From Rhizophagus irregularis (taxonomy: Eukaryota), in NCBI RefSeq assembly GCF_026210795.1, contig NC_089430.1, positions 434,001 to 498,000 on the forward strand: DNA of 64,000 nucleotides, written 5' to 3'. Below the pieces are notes generated by a model. It made no database searches. It was not told where the DNA came from and was given only the letters and a program-made list of their open reading frames with translations. Position 1 is the first letter of the stretch. The number at the start of each line of letters is the position of its first letter. The translations under genes and the position numbers were made by a program. Of this stretch, positions 13,178 to 27,323 are shown piece after piece.

Positions 13178-14413
13178 TTTATGTCATGAGATGAGGATTT
13201 TACGTTTAGAAAAAAAAATTTTTAAACTCAAGGTCTGAGGCATATCATAACATTTTTATTGCTAATTGATCTATCAACTAATATGAATTTCGCATTGAAG
13301 CTTCCAATGATGATAATTCTCTTTTACTGAAGTAAACTACCATTCTTTTTTTTACAATTAGTTTAAATTTAAACTCGCCAATAGCAGGATTTCAGGATTA
13401 GACATGCTAGATACAGTATTTTTCGTTAATTATTTGAAGATCTTAATCTATTATATGCACTAATATTGCATTTGGTACAAAATAACAATTGAAAATTTTT
13501 GACTAAAATCTGAATTATGTCCATAATTTTTGTCTTTAAGAAAAGTTGTTGTGATTCACATATCATTTTGTTGGATCAAATCTTCTGGAGTAAAATAAGT
13601 TTTTCTGTTTTTTTTTGGACTTTCTATTTTATTAGTACAGCTACAAACCGAATATGTATTATCACAATGAAAGCAAAAGCACAGCTATAGCAAACGCTTT
13701 GCGAGTAATTTCGTGAACTTACTAAAACTTCATCCATTATTTTTTATTATTTGTGTAAAAATCTGTTTTGATGAATGCTTCACAACGTAATGAAGATGAC
13801 TAATATGTCGTTGAATGACTAAAAGAAATAGGTTGTAGTTGGTTATGGACCTTAGTTGTTAATAAATCAACATAATTACATCTGGAATTGCATTAACATT
13901 TTTCTTCTAAGTATGATTTTTGAAAATATGAAATGATTCAAGTCAACTAACGATGTTGGCCAACATTTATTAATGAACTTTTTTTTTATTTTTGGGATTT
14001 ACTTTGATGTTTCTTTCCAAGATATATATAAGACTATATACAACATGATATAAAAAAGTTAAATATTAATGTGTTAAACAAAAACAAATGTGTAATCTCC
14101 AATGTTAGATATCTCTTTATGATTATCATGTTATAACTTATAATGTTAAACTTTGAAAATGCGACTATAAAGTCAATATATATATATATATATATAAATG
14201 TAATCTATTACTTTGTTATGATTTTATAACATACATATAATTCATTCTGTTTAATTTATAAAAACTTTATTTAAAAGATTCAAATAATAATAAATATATT
14301 CCGATAGGATATACAAATTTGTAGTGATAAAGAAAATAAATAGTAAATAATAGATAAAATAAAGAAATTTATATTCTGAATATTTGTAAATTTTTCTTCC
14401 TTTTCTTTTTTCT

Positions 14414-16133
14414 TTAGTTGTTTTCATCTATAAGAACGAATTATTAAAGTAATTTGTTAATATTATTATTAGTAAAATTAATCATGTAGAAAGCAAGTTA
14501 ATGTAAATGAGTACCTAGGTTGAGTTTAGTAAAATCTATTGCTTCTATAGATTCTAGAAAATGAAAAATAATTGTATATTAAAAGTATTTAAAAAATATT
14601 TTTGTAAAAATAAGTTGATATATTAATTACCTGAATATTCTCCAAATGAATTATCATCATCTTTGTTATCAGTAGCATTTTTTGGTTCTGGTAGATTTTT
14701 AAAGTTTAAAAGCCTACTCGTGTAAATTGCTTGAGGATTTGTAGTATATAAAAGAGTAGTACCATTATATGGTAATGAAGTAGAAGTAAACTTTTCATTA
14801 ATTTTTTCTGCTTCTTTAACTTGCTTTTTGATTTCACTATCACCATTATTACGTAAATAACGTAATTCATCATATAAATTATATAATGAATTATGTAATT
14901 CATTTGCTTTAGGTCGTTTTAAAGGATCAGCATCCCAACATTGCTTAATTATGTCCAAAATTAGTTGAGGAATTTTATAATTGGATTTTGGCCTATTCCC
15001 TCGACAAATGCTAATAGCTAAGATTTTATCATGAGCAATATCATGATAAGGAGGAAGCCCTGTACAGACTTCATATGCAATAATTCCAAATGCATAAATA
15101 TCACTTGCTTGAGTATATTCTCCTCCTCTTAAAACTTCAGGCGCTACATAAGGTAATACTCCATAAATTTTTTTTTCGTATTCATTTTGAGAAGATTTTA
15201 CATTTGCTGGTTGGCATAATCCTAAATCAGTAATAATGGTCCAATAACCAGCTTTTAACATATTGCCACAATGAAAATCATGATGAATTAATCCTTTTTT
15301 ATGAATAGAATTGAGACCACTTGCAATATCTTTTAGATAATCAAACTTATTTTCCCATTTTATTGAATTAAAGCTATTATTTAAATATTGTCTTAAACTA
15401 CCTTCTTTTGCATATTCTATTACCATCATGAAATTATTAGATTCTGGATCTTTAGTAATGCCAAAACATTTAGTTACACTATTTGAAATAATCGTAGTAT
15501 GTGATTCAATCTAAAAAAGAATCAAAAATAATAAATAATAGTAAGTTTAACATTTATAATGGAACAGTAGTTTGAAAAATGATATACAAATAAGTAACCT
15601 ACTTCTCTTAAAAATTCGGATGTAATATCCTGAGAATTGTGTAAACATTTTAAAGCAACCGGAAATTTTTCATATTCCTCAACCCAATTTTTACTTCTCT
15701 CCCATTGATTATTTTCAGAATCCCATCTTCTTATATATCCATCTTTCCAAATTGCTTTATAAATAATTCCAAATCCTCCTTTGGCCAAATATTCAACATT
15801 TTCAAATCTATCATATTCAATCCACTCTAAAATTTCCTTAAATTCTTTAGCTTTAAGTTGTGTTTTTTGAATAAGCTTATCAACTTCATCATTTCCACTA
15901 GTCCAATTTTTGAAATTTTGTTGAAAATGTTTAGCATTGCATGACCTACACCAATCATATCTAGTTTTAGGTTGTTTACAATCTTTGCATAAACCATTCT
16001 CTTTATAACATTCTTTTAATTCTTCATTTAATATTAGCTTATCAATTAACAATTCTTGTTCATCTGTTAAGTTCCGATAATAAAAATCTTTTATTTGCTC
16101 AATTACATCATTACTGAGTTTAAATTCTTCCAT
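14414..16133 (-). CDS. TKL protein kinase (single N-lobe, non-RD: HHDFHCGN), 4 exons
   Basis: Exons approx. 16133-15603 and 15510-14631, then ESIEAIDFTKLNL and DENN* micro-exons. LAKGGFG, VALK, DLG, YVAPE intact. Confidence 0.9.
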
Positions 16134-17209
16134 GTCAGCTTTATGTTTAAACAGAGTAAAAAGATTTTTTTTTTAAAAAAAAAAAGCGGCCTTATATAAC
16201 GTATTACAGTTTACAGTTGCACGGCAGTGATCGACAAATCTTATTTTAATTTGGGCGTTAAAAAATCAGCTGATGATCACAAAGTCAACGAATAAATCTC
16301 GGTAAGAAATTCTTTTTTTATAGATTCTGACAGAAATTTAGGAATACAGAAATATTTTGTAATACAAATTTCTCATCTAGTTCAAGTTTCAAAATTAATA
16401 TTTTTATTATCACTTTTGTTATTTGTACAAATTACTGCTGTAAATAGACTTATAAGTAACTAATAACAATTGGATAACATAGAAATGGAAATAAATGGAA
16501 ATCATATTCGGATAACATTAATGCCGAAGCGCTACATCAGATCATTGTTAAGCGGCCGTACGAATATTTAGCACATCATGCTTAATATAATGATATACGG
16601 AATATAAACCGAAATTTTTTTTCAATATATATTTTTTTTTTTTGTTTTTTTTAAAACATGAAATTTTTCTTTTAACATTTATTTAATTAATTATAAAATA
16701 TTATATAATTTTAAATTTTTTTAAATTAAATAATTAAGATTGAATAAGTTAAGTTTTGAAATTTTGAAATAATTTTCTAATAAAATAATTCTATGACTAA
16801 ACTGATTTTTTTCCTTTAAACCTTAATTTTTTTTCGGGTTTTAATTTTTTTTCCCCTTTATAACCTATATAGTAATAATATTTTTTTTTTCCAGTGATCT
16901 ACGGTAAGCATCTTCTTTTCCTTAGTTATTTTTTTTATTAATATATTTTCTTTTTTCTAATTTTTTTTTTCGTTCTTTTGCCTTTTAGGATTGGATGCGA
17001 TGTAATAAAAATAAATATTCCTTTTTTTATTTATTTAAATATATTTTGTAAATAAAAATATCAAGCCAAAAAAAAAAAAATCGATGATTTTTTAAATTAT
17101 TATAGTGAGAAAGTCTAATAAAAAAAAATAATAATAAATTATTAAATATTTCTATATACTCGTATCTGTAGGATAACAAAATATTTTACTTTTATAATTC
17201 TATTGATAA

Positions 17210-19720
17210 TTAAAAATTAGTTTTAATACGTTTTCCTATAAATAATATTTTATATTTTAATTATTTGATTTAAATGAAAAAAAATTAAATATTAATGTAA
17301 TTTGATTAAAATGAAAGTAAAATAAAATAACATCGAACTAAATAAATATTTACCATTATTATCATGAGTTTCTACGTTTAAAAATTCTACATTTCTTCTT
17401 TTTTTTAAAGAGGTTGAAAAATTTTGAATTGAAGAACTTAAATTTTGTGATCTGAAACCAAGTAAAAATTATATGGTAAATTAAATACGAATTAGTTGTG
17501 TCATTTAAAATCATTTTTTATTATTATTATTTTAAATACCTTTCAGTGTTTATATCAAGATCTAATTCTGTTGAGATATATCTATAATCTTTAATTGTAT
17601 AACTAGATGATTTTCTAAAGTTTTTTTTTGAAATACCTCGCTTACCAAATGAAATTGTTGATATGGATGAGAATTTAGAAATTAAAGAATTTAATGGCCT
17701 GCTTGTATAAATAGCTCCTGAATGACGTTTTTCAACAAATTCCGATCCAATCTTCTTTAATTTTATTAATTTCGCTCTTTTTGTTTCAGCTTGGCTAAAT
17801 TCTTCCTCATTTATTTTTCTATATATCCACCTACCAAAAGTCAAACGAATATCTTTTATAGAAGGTCTTTTTTTAGGATCAGGGTCCCAACAACTTTTCA
17901 TTAATTCAGCATAACATTCTGGTGTATCTTCTGTAATGTTAGGTCGTTCTCCATCAAGAATTTTATATACAAGATGATGATCATGTTCAACATTGACAAA
18001 AGGTTTACAACCTGTTGTAAGCTCCCACATAATCATACCCAAACTATAAATATCAGCTTCTTTAGAAAATATAGACCCTCTAAATATTTCCGGTGCAATA
18101 TAAGGTATTACTCCATATATTTCATTATTTGATGATTCACTATTTACAGCTTGTGATAATCCTAGATCTCCAATTTTCCAATCATCATTTAACTTTCTAT
18201 TAACTTTTGGATCAAATAATACGTTTCCACTATGAAAGTCTCGATGTATAAAATTTTTATTATGAATAGTTTCAAGTCTAAAAATATAAAAAAAAAATTA
18301 ATAACTTAAATTTAAAGAAATTAATAAATATATAAAATATAAATACCCTATTGAAATTTGATGTAAAATACGTAATTTTTCTTTATTCCATGTAATACTT
18401 TTAAAATCCTTCTGCAAATGCTTATGTAAATCCCCTCCTGATGCATATTTCATAATTAATATATAATCATCTAATTTAGGATCTTTTGTAAAACCATAAG
18501 TTTCAATGACATGACATCTCTTTTTGTCTTTAAAACAATGATAACATGATTTTAACTATTTAAATTTAAAGATTAAAAATTAAATTAAAAATTTAGTTTA
18601 TTTAAAATAAATTTTATAAGAAATATTTTAAAAAATATTTTACCTCATTTAAGAAATATTTGCTAATACTTTTAGAATTTTCAAATCTTTTTAAAATAAC
18701 AGTTTCATTTTTATTATTGTTATTTGGCCAAGTTGCTTCATATATAATACCATATCCCCCCTTTGTTATTTTTTTCAAATCTTTTAATTGCGAATAAGGT
18801 ATCCAATTAATTGGTTTTGCCCGTTTTTTTTCTTTAAATATAGACTCTAACATATTCTTTGGTACAAAACATTTATTAATGTTTTTTACAATATTTTCAA
18901 ATTCAGATACTTTAAATAATTTAAATTATCACATAAGATTATTTTTAAAAAGAAAATCATCGAAAACACTATTCATGTGCGTCATTCTTTTGCATTTTTT
19001 ACATTGAGATTGATCCGTAGGTCCAAAAAAAATGTTTGTTGTTAAACAATATCTGCATCCAACATAAAATATAAAGCAGTTCGCACAATACTTTTGACAG
19101 TCTGATGTAAATATTAACCTTGATTCACAAATATCACACCTAAAATCATTATGCCACCATGGTAAATAAAGAATTGAAATTTGCTTTTTAACCAAGGTTG
19201 ATTCTATCAATTCGGAAGAAATTAGATAACAATCTGAACATAATTTAATGCATTGGGTTGCTACTTGATATAATAACTTTCCACATAATTTACAATTTTT
19301 CTCATTTTCAATCACCTTATTGCATAGTAGAGTGAAATCATTTTTATCAAGGCTAAAATCACTAATACTAAATCCATTTATTTGTTTAAAACATAAAATT
19401 ATCACACAATTTCCACAGCATTCTTGAATATTCTGTGGTACTTTTGTCCCACTTATTACATGTTCACTACATTCCAAGTCCATTGTGTAAAAGTATACGT
19501 CCAAGTATACATTATTATCAGTTATATCACTAATATAACGTGATAGACATTTTTTGCAATATTTTTGCGAGGTAAAAAGCGCATTAATATATTTTTCGCC
19601 ACAATAAGTACAATTTTCATCTAACACACTAAAAGAAATGAATTTAATTGGTATAGGACTAGATTTTAATCTTGGTGTTGGATCAAAAGAATTTTTATCA
19701 TTTGTATTTACAATTTCCAT
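17210..19720 (-). CDS. TKL kinase with long Cys-rich (multi-CxxC) N-terminus; interrupted by in-frame TGA TAA (probable pseudogene)
   Basis: ORFs 18929-19720 and 18614-18853 are in the same frame, separated by TGA TAA at ~18926-18931. Downstream exons give ITKGGYG, HRDFHSGN, IGDLG, YIAPE and a GKRIKTNF* tail. Confidence 0.75.
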
Positions 19721-21639
19721 TTTATTAAGTTAATTAATATATGTTATAAACAGACAATGAATTCGGAAAATTCGAATATACGTATTTTATTTATATCTGA
19801 ATTATCAGGACTTTTGTTGGTTATACGGAAAGCATTTCTAAACTTTCTCATTGTAATCTTAAAGTACTACGGGACGGGAAAATCCGTTGAGAATTTATCA
19901 TTTTATCAATAGCGAAGCGCAGTTAATACATTTGCCATTTTTACTTATCAGTTATTTAGTATGATCAATTAGTGGAAATATCTAGGCAATTGGCGTAGTT
20001 TCAGTATAGAAGATAATGATGGTAAGTACAAATTAGTATGAAAAGAAACGGAAAAAAAATGGAGCAATAATTTGTACAAAAGCGGAAAATAAGAAAAATC
20101 ATTTCCTTCTTTTGCAAATAAAATAACGACAAATTGAGATGTATAATTACTTTTGTAGTATAATCATTCTTTTTAAGTATTTATAGAAAATCATAAATGT
20201 ACCTTATTAATAATTTATTCATTGATCGTAGCACAATGATATTATTAATTTTGGACGCAGTGTTACATTTAATTTAACCGTTAATTTACTGCGGTTCGGA
20301 ATTGACCTAGACCCAAAATGGCCAGTGATCTTCATTAGAATTAGGAAATGTGTAACCATATTCGGAGATAAAGGAAACTTCATCCAAACGACAGAAAGAA
20401 AAAGCCATAATTCAATGATAATATTAACAATGATCTTATTAATACGCCGATTTTTACGGTTCGTACATCGGGTATTTTTCACTTACCTTCCCCTTTGCAT
20501 GAATAACTATACCCTTAATTAGGACAATAAAATGGTTTAAAAAGAACAATTCCGCCTATGACAGTATTTACAGACGGTGAAGATAAATAAGTTATTGTGT
20601 AAAGTTGATCAGAGTTCGTACTTCTTTGTTATTATTTTTTTCTAATACTCCTTCAAGAGTTATCTCAGCGGCGTAGTTTCACTGATAATAGCTATTTCTC
20701 TTTTTTTCTTTTCCTTTCACGAAGGGTGATCCCTTTACATGGGGAACACGTCTGTTAACTTACTTTAGTTAGTTTTTCTTTAAAATGTATTTTTTTACTT
20801 CTAGTAATTTTTCTATACAAAATTAGTCCACCTTTGAAGTATAAAATAAAGGAATTTATCATTATAGTATATTTAAGTAGAAATTATTATGCTACCATAC
20901 AGTTTTGAACTAATTAAATTATTTTTGGGAATGGAAACTTTTAATTTCATTGGTTATTTAAGGTTATTTTAATAGTTTAGACGTATTTTTATTTTTTATA
21001 ACTTAGAAATTCATTTCTTCCTTAAATTTTTTGTTTTATTATTAATTTTTATTTCGTCTTTTGAACTTGGGAAATATGTATTTTATCTACTATAAATAAT
21101 AAAACTTACTTCTGCACTCCCTACAGTAGCTGTGAAAAAAAGTAATGAATTAATCCATTCTAAAAATTCTTAGAATATTACAAGTTTATTATGTTTAATT
21201 TCGAATGTTAAAATAAACACCCTACCATTCGTAAAAAAAAGATTAGTTTTTTATTTATCTTTTAATATGATATTTGATTTGTTTATCATAAAAGGATGTC
21301 ACGATTGTCACGTAACAGAGATTTATATCCGATGATCAGATTAAATTATTTAATCTAACCATAATTCCCAATTTGGACGAAAAACTCTCGAATACTTTTA
21401 GTACAAACATCAAAATTTTTTTGGCTCAAAATTCAAACCACTTCTCTATTTATATCATTCTCTCTTATTTTGTAAGAAAAAAAAAATTTATCTCATAAAA
21501 TTAATTTCTTGAAAATTCCCGATTCTTAACGTTTGAAATTTAGGATTATAAACGATAGACACCATAATCAATTTCTTTTCTATCTTTTTAAAAAAAAACT
21601 AATGTTTTTTGTCATTCTAAACTAAGGAATACCAACAAT

Positions 21640-21745
21640 CGGTTAAGTTCAGTTTCGTTTTTAAAACCAAAACTGAACTGATGCAAAACTGACTTATAAA
21701 ACTGACCAATAAAACTGAACACAAAACTAATCGTAAAACTGAATA
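21640..21745. repeat. AAAACTGA tandem motif cluster (transposon subterminal-like)
   Basis: About six AAAACTGA/AAAACTAA units plus inverted TTCAGTTT; resembles CpG-decayed AAACCG subterminal arrays. Confidence 0.45.
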
Positions 21746-22086
21746 AAGATAATATCAAAGAATATTGATTATAACTTTATATATCATGTCTTTTAATTAC
21801 ATAATTTTTCTTTTGCAATAATAATAATACCGATTATAGTGATGCGAAAATCATGTGATGAATGTGTAAAATTGAATTTTGACAATAATTTCAAAAATGA
21901 AAATACTATATATATAAAACTATAAAAATCATAATTTTTAAGTGTAAAAAAGAAAATTTTTTCAGAATATATTAAATATATACAATTAACCGATCAGATT
22001 TGTTGGCATCCCTATTCTAAACAACAAAAATAGCTAGCAAACAGTTTATTAACATTACATTATCAAAGAATTAATATAAAATTATA

Positions 22087-22287
22087 TTGGTGGTAATGGA
22101 TTATGCAAACAACGGTAATTTAGGAGGAAACTTAACAAGAATAATCAAAAGTGATCGGAATCAAAATTTATATATGTTATATGAAATTATTTCTGGACTT
22201 AATGACATACATAACCAAGATCTTATTCATTGTGATTTTCATGATGGTAATATTTTAAATCATGGGAATAAAATCCATTCCGAATAA
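22087..22287 (+). pseudogene. Isolated kinase fragment (hinge to catalytic loop)
   Basis: VVMDYANNGNL...SGLNDIHNQDLIHCDFHDGNIL; flanks lack the rest of the domain. Confidence 0.8.
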
Positions 22288-23325
22288 TAAAACAAATAGC
22301 AAATTATCAGTGTTAAAAAAAAAGAATCAAAAAAGAAAAATGTAGGGGTGAATAAGGGGATGGAAGGAAGATGGGTTAACTATCAATAAATCGTCTACTG
22401 GACAATAAAACATTATTGCTAATAGAAGCTTACTTGAATACTGTTTCCTAATTATTTATTGATTGTATAAAAAGGTTTCATTAATTTGTACCTAGGTGTG
22501 ATTAAATTTAACTTACCAGCACTGAATTAATAATAGGCTAAAGGAATAAAGAAAGGTAAGAATTTGCTTTATTCATCTGTTAAACTAATGTTTTGAATAA
22601 ATAACTATTATAGCTAAATTTCATTTAACAAGTCTAGATTAACGGGTTTAATGTCAGCGTAAAAATTTTAATCACTAAAAAAAAAAATACTCTTACGTTT
22701 TTAAAACGAATTTAACGAAATGACTATTCTATTATTACACTATTATTACTGTATATATGGTATAAAAAAAACCTATAAATATATTTCACGATATTATATA
22801 CGTAGGAGTATTCATTATTGTATGATTTAACTATGATTTGACAACGTTTTTTCGTCTTTTTCCATAAATAATTTGATAAATAAGATTAATTTTCATATTT
22901 CACACCAGAAATATTTTAATGTACTGTATTTCAAAATAAAAATTATAAATAAATATAAAATCAATGAAGTAAACCAACTGTTTTTATTTGACTATTTAAT
23001 ATATACCGTACAATACAGTACTAAATAAGAAATAGATAAAAAAATCCCAAAAAATTCACAAACTTTAATCCAAAAATTAATACCATATATCTGAATTTAC
23101 TCTCTACCCTAGTAAATAGAATATATTACAAAATATTCAATGAAAAATCAAGCTTAGTAAAACATTTGTAATTTTACATTATTTATTGGTAATTCAATAC
23201 ATTCTTTTACTAACATTTAAATTAGTTATCGATCAATGATAATGATTATAGTAACTTATAAACTGTAATGCAAATAGGAATGAGAAATAAAACAAATAAA
23301 AGGTAACATAGCATAAAAATGCAAC

Positions 23326-25312
23326 TTACTTTGTAAAATCAGTAATCTCCATGGTATCATATTTTGAAAGATTCTTTGTATAAGGGTTAAGTAATCGAGA
23401 AGTATATATAGCTTGTGTTTGAGTAGTTAATTGGTTATTCTTAATTGATAAAAGATTTTCTTTTCTATATTCTTGTGTCTCATTAAATTGCTTTTCGATT
23501 TCATGGTATTGCTGTTCCTCTACTTCATATTCTTGATCTAATTAATGATAAAATTGATCAATCAATTCTTTTATTTCAATAGAATTTGGTCTGTTATCCG
23601 GACTTAAATCCCAACATCTTTTCATTAGATCAATATAACATTTTGGTATAATTTTTTCATTTATTTCAGGTCTAACCCCGTTACATATACTTTACACCAT
23701 ATATTCGAATAAATATCATTTCTTTTACCACATTTTTTACAATATTTTTTAAGATAATATTGGGAAAAAACCAAGATATAATCCTTTGTGTCTGGATTTT
23801 GAGATATGCCATAATATATCAATATTGTATTAATATAATCAATACAGATTATTTATACCTTATTGATAACTTCGTCAGTAATATCTTGTAAGTTACGCAG
23901 ATATCTTAAACAAACTATTCCGCGTGATATTCTTATCCATTTTTCCTCGCTAGTGTTATAGTAAAATGGACCTTCCTTACATACTACTGTAGTCAAGCAA
24001 TTATCTCCTATTTCTTTAACATTGATAAACTCATTATATGGTATCCATTCAAATACAGGATCATGAGGCTTGTTAATTTCTAATCGCATTTTTTGAATAA
24101 GGTCATTAATTTTATCATTTCCACTAGTCCGGTTTATAAAATTATTTCTTAAATAGTTTATATGACATGTTTTACACCATTTATCCCATTCACGTTCATA
24201 TTTATTACCACATTTTTTACAATAAATTTTAATATATTTAGTTTCAAAAACCAAAATATAATCTTTTGTGTCCGAATTTTGAGATATTCCATAATTTTGA
24301 TAATCATCGTTTGAATAATCATAGTTTGATGAAATATAATTTAATAAAGATGATTCAATCTAATAAAAAAAAAAAGAAATTAATATCATGTTAATATTCA
24401 AACTAAAATCAATAGAAAATTTAGTACCTCATATTGTGAATTATGTAGATATCTTAAACAAACTCTTTCATGTGGCGATTCTCTTATCCATTCTTTTTTA
24501 CTAGTGTCATAATATAATGGACCATCCTTCCATATTGCTGTAGTCAGACAATTATCTCCTATTTCTTTAACATTGATTTACTCATTATATGGTATCCATT
24601 CAAATATAGCATCATTAAATTTATTAATTTTTAATTGCATTTTTTGAATGAAATCATCAATTTTTTCATTTCCACTAGTCCAGTTTGTAAAATTATTTTT
24701 TAAATGATTTATTTGACATGTTTTACACCATTCATTCCGTCTATTTTGTCTATTTTCGTATTTTTTACCACATTTTCCACAACATAGTTTAAAATATTCT
24801 TGGGAAAAAATCAAAATATAATCTTTTGTTTCTGGATTTTGAGATAATCCATAATTACTATCTAAAATACCTTCAAATAACAAACTATCATATGATTTGA
24901 CCTACAAAAATACAAAAAAAAAAAATATTAACATATATGACAAAATTCTAATTAAATTTATAGATAAATCTCATACCTCATTTATAAATTCGTCAGAAAT
25001 ATTTTGAGAGTCATATAGAAATCTTAATGCAACCTTTTCATACGGTATTCTTATCCATTCATGTCTACAATAATGTAATAAACCTTCTTTCCATATTGCC
25101 GTGGCTAAACCGTTATTTCCTATTTCTCTAATATCGATAAGTTTAATGTATGGTATCCATTCAAACACTACGTCATATTTATCGTATTTTAATTGCTTTT
25201 CTTGAATGAGGTTATCAATTATTTTATTCCCACTACTCCAATTTGCAAAATTTTTTGCAATAATTTCCCTTCCACTGTTTAGGTTCAGAGAATTTTTTGT
25301 AAGAAATTCCAT
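23326..25312 (-). pseudogene. Internally deleted copy of the multi-N-lobe kinase (paralogue of 42649-46629 and 56622-60511)
   Basis: Same MEFLTKNSL start. TAA replaces Phe at ~24578. A deletion at ~23691 fuses a WCK Zn-knuckle directly to the C-lobe tail (ICNGVRPE) out of frame, removing the catalytic core. Confidence 0.85.
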
Positions 25313-27323
25313 TGAAATGTTAAATTTTTTGAGAAAAAATAACTCCTCAATTTAAATGGCGTGAAAAGACGGTGCAATAAAACTAAATTTGGTTAACAAA
25401 GGGAATATGGCGTAAGCATAAATCTTTTATTGACAATCACGGTATCAATTTATCGATCATTCCAATTAACGTTAGATTATTTTTATTTAAGACGTCAAAA
25501 GTTTTTTTAGACAATAATCTAAATAATAAAATCTTTAGATTTTCTCATTTCTAACTCTATTAATACTGAAAATTCCCATGATTGCACATTTTCATATAAT
25601 AATACTGTTCGAACTTTATTGGACCCCAATTGGCCATAAATATCCTCCGTTGAAATTACATGTGCATATCCAATCCTCTTGAAATAAGAAAAAAAATCTT
25701 ATAATTTTAAGAAAGTGAATTATTATGGAATTAGTAGTTTTGAGTCCTAAATTTCATAATGAAACAATATAATAAATTATAATTAAGTAATTAAGTGGAT
25801 ACAAATAGACAAATGTATTAATTTACCTATATCAACAAGATAATTATTTTGCTCTAACTTTTTAGCAACCTTTAAGATGATAATCATCTAAATTGTACAT
25901 TAGTTGGTATGATAGTTTTGATCGATTTAATACATTAAAAGAAAAAATTTGTACCAGCATCGAGACGGGATATAATTTGCCCGAATAAAGTTACAAAAGT
26001 AATATCATCAAACTAAATAGGTTCCTTAATAAGTTAGCTGCTTGATGTATAGTCAGTGAATTTATTAAGTATAAGGCGCAGTATTATATTTATTAGAAGT
26101 ATATAAAAATATGAGAAATATTATTTGTTAAAAATCTCCTGGGTCACGAGATTAAAATGACTCATATGTAACGTTCCAAGTTACATAGTTCTATTTTTAA
26201 TTTTCTTTATGGTTTTATAATTTTGGGAAATAATTGATTTTATCGTAGAGTAAAAATCAGACAATAACTTTTTCTTGTTGGGTAATCTGTTGTACTCTTT
26301 AAAATACTGTATTACAATTTTTTTTTTATATTTTTTAAAATAAAGTGAACCATAAACTCCCAGGTAAACGATCATCAAAACGTATACTCTTTTTTACATG
26401 AAAACTTTGCCCGCGAATTTAATATCTTAGATTTTGATTATTGGATTTAAGATAAGAATAATGAATCTATAACGCCCACTCCCCCTTCCCGTGAATATAT
26501 ATTTTTTCATAAATCATAAAAAAAAAAATTTTTTTAACCCGTATTACGCAAAATTTCAGATGATGTGAAATAACAAATAAAAATAATAAATAAATCATGC
26601 TTCTGAAAAAAAATTTCCAAAATCGATATTATTGAAAAAAACTGAATTCAGTTTTTTTTTTTTTGAAAACATTCTAATGTTTAAATGAAAAAAACAAATA
26701 TATTAAAATTTGGAATTCAATTTGCTCTCATAAAACTTGATTTAGCTGAAAATAAAAATAAAATTAAATAATAGGAAATTAAAGATCGAGATATTCTTTT
26801 TTTTTTTTGTATAAAGTACCGAATGTTTTAAAGTTTTGGAGCCACGTAATTTTCTATTTCGCCAATGATTAATTAAATCATGTCAATCCGTCAAATTTGC
26901 CGCACAATTACTGTTAAGTATATACTGTACAATACGAATAATTTTGGTCAAAGAATATTAAAATAATATTTATAACTAAAAATTTTAGAGAATAAAATAG
27001 ATGATGTATTTATTTTATTTATTTTTCTTTGATCACGTCGCTACATTGTATAATAAAAATAAAAAATTTATATAAGGAAATTTGCTAAGATAATATAATA
27101 ATAAAAGTACTGAAATCAAAAAAGAATTTATATAAGAAAATGGAATAATATATAACATAAAATTTTTTTGAACTATATACTAATTTAAAATTGAAAAAAT
27201 TTATTCATCACGCGTGCGATGTCATCGCTACCTTTTATCACCCATGTCACTCTCCTTTATTTTGGTTGGTATTACATAATTTCGCCTAGAGGCGATGCAA
27301 TAAATAAATTTACTTCTTAAAAT

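Noticed and set aside
20219..20522. Overlapping short ORFs on both strands
   Set aside because: No domain similarity recognised; possible decayed gene only
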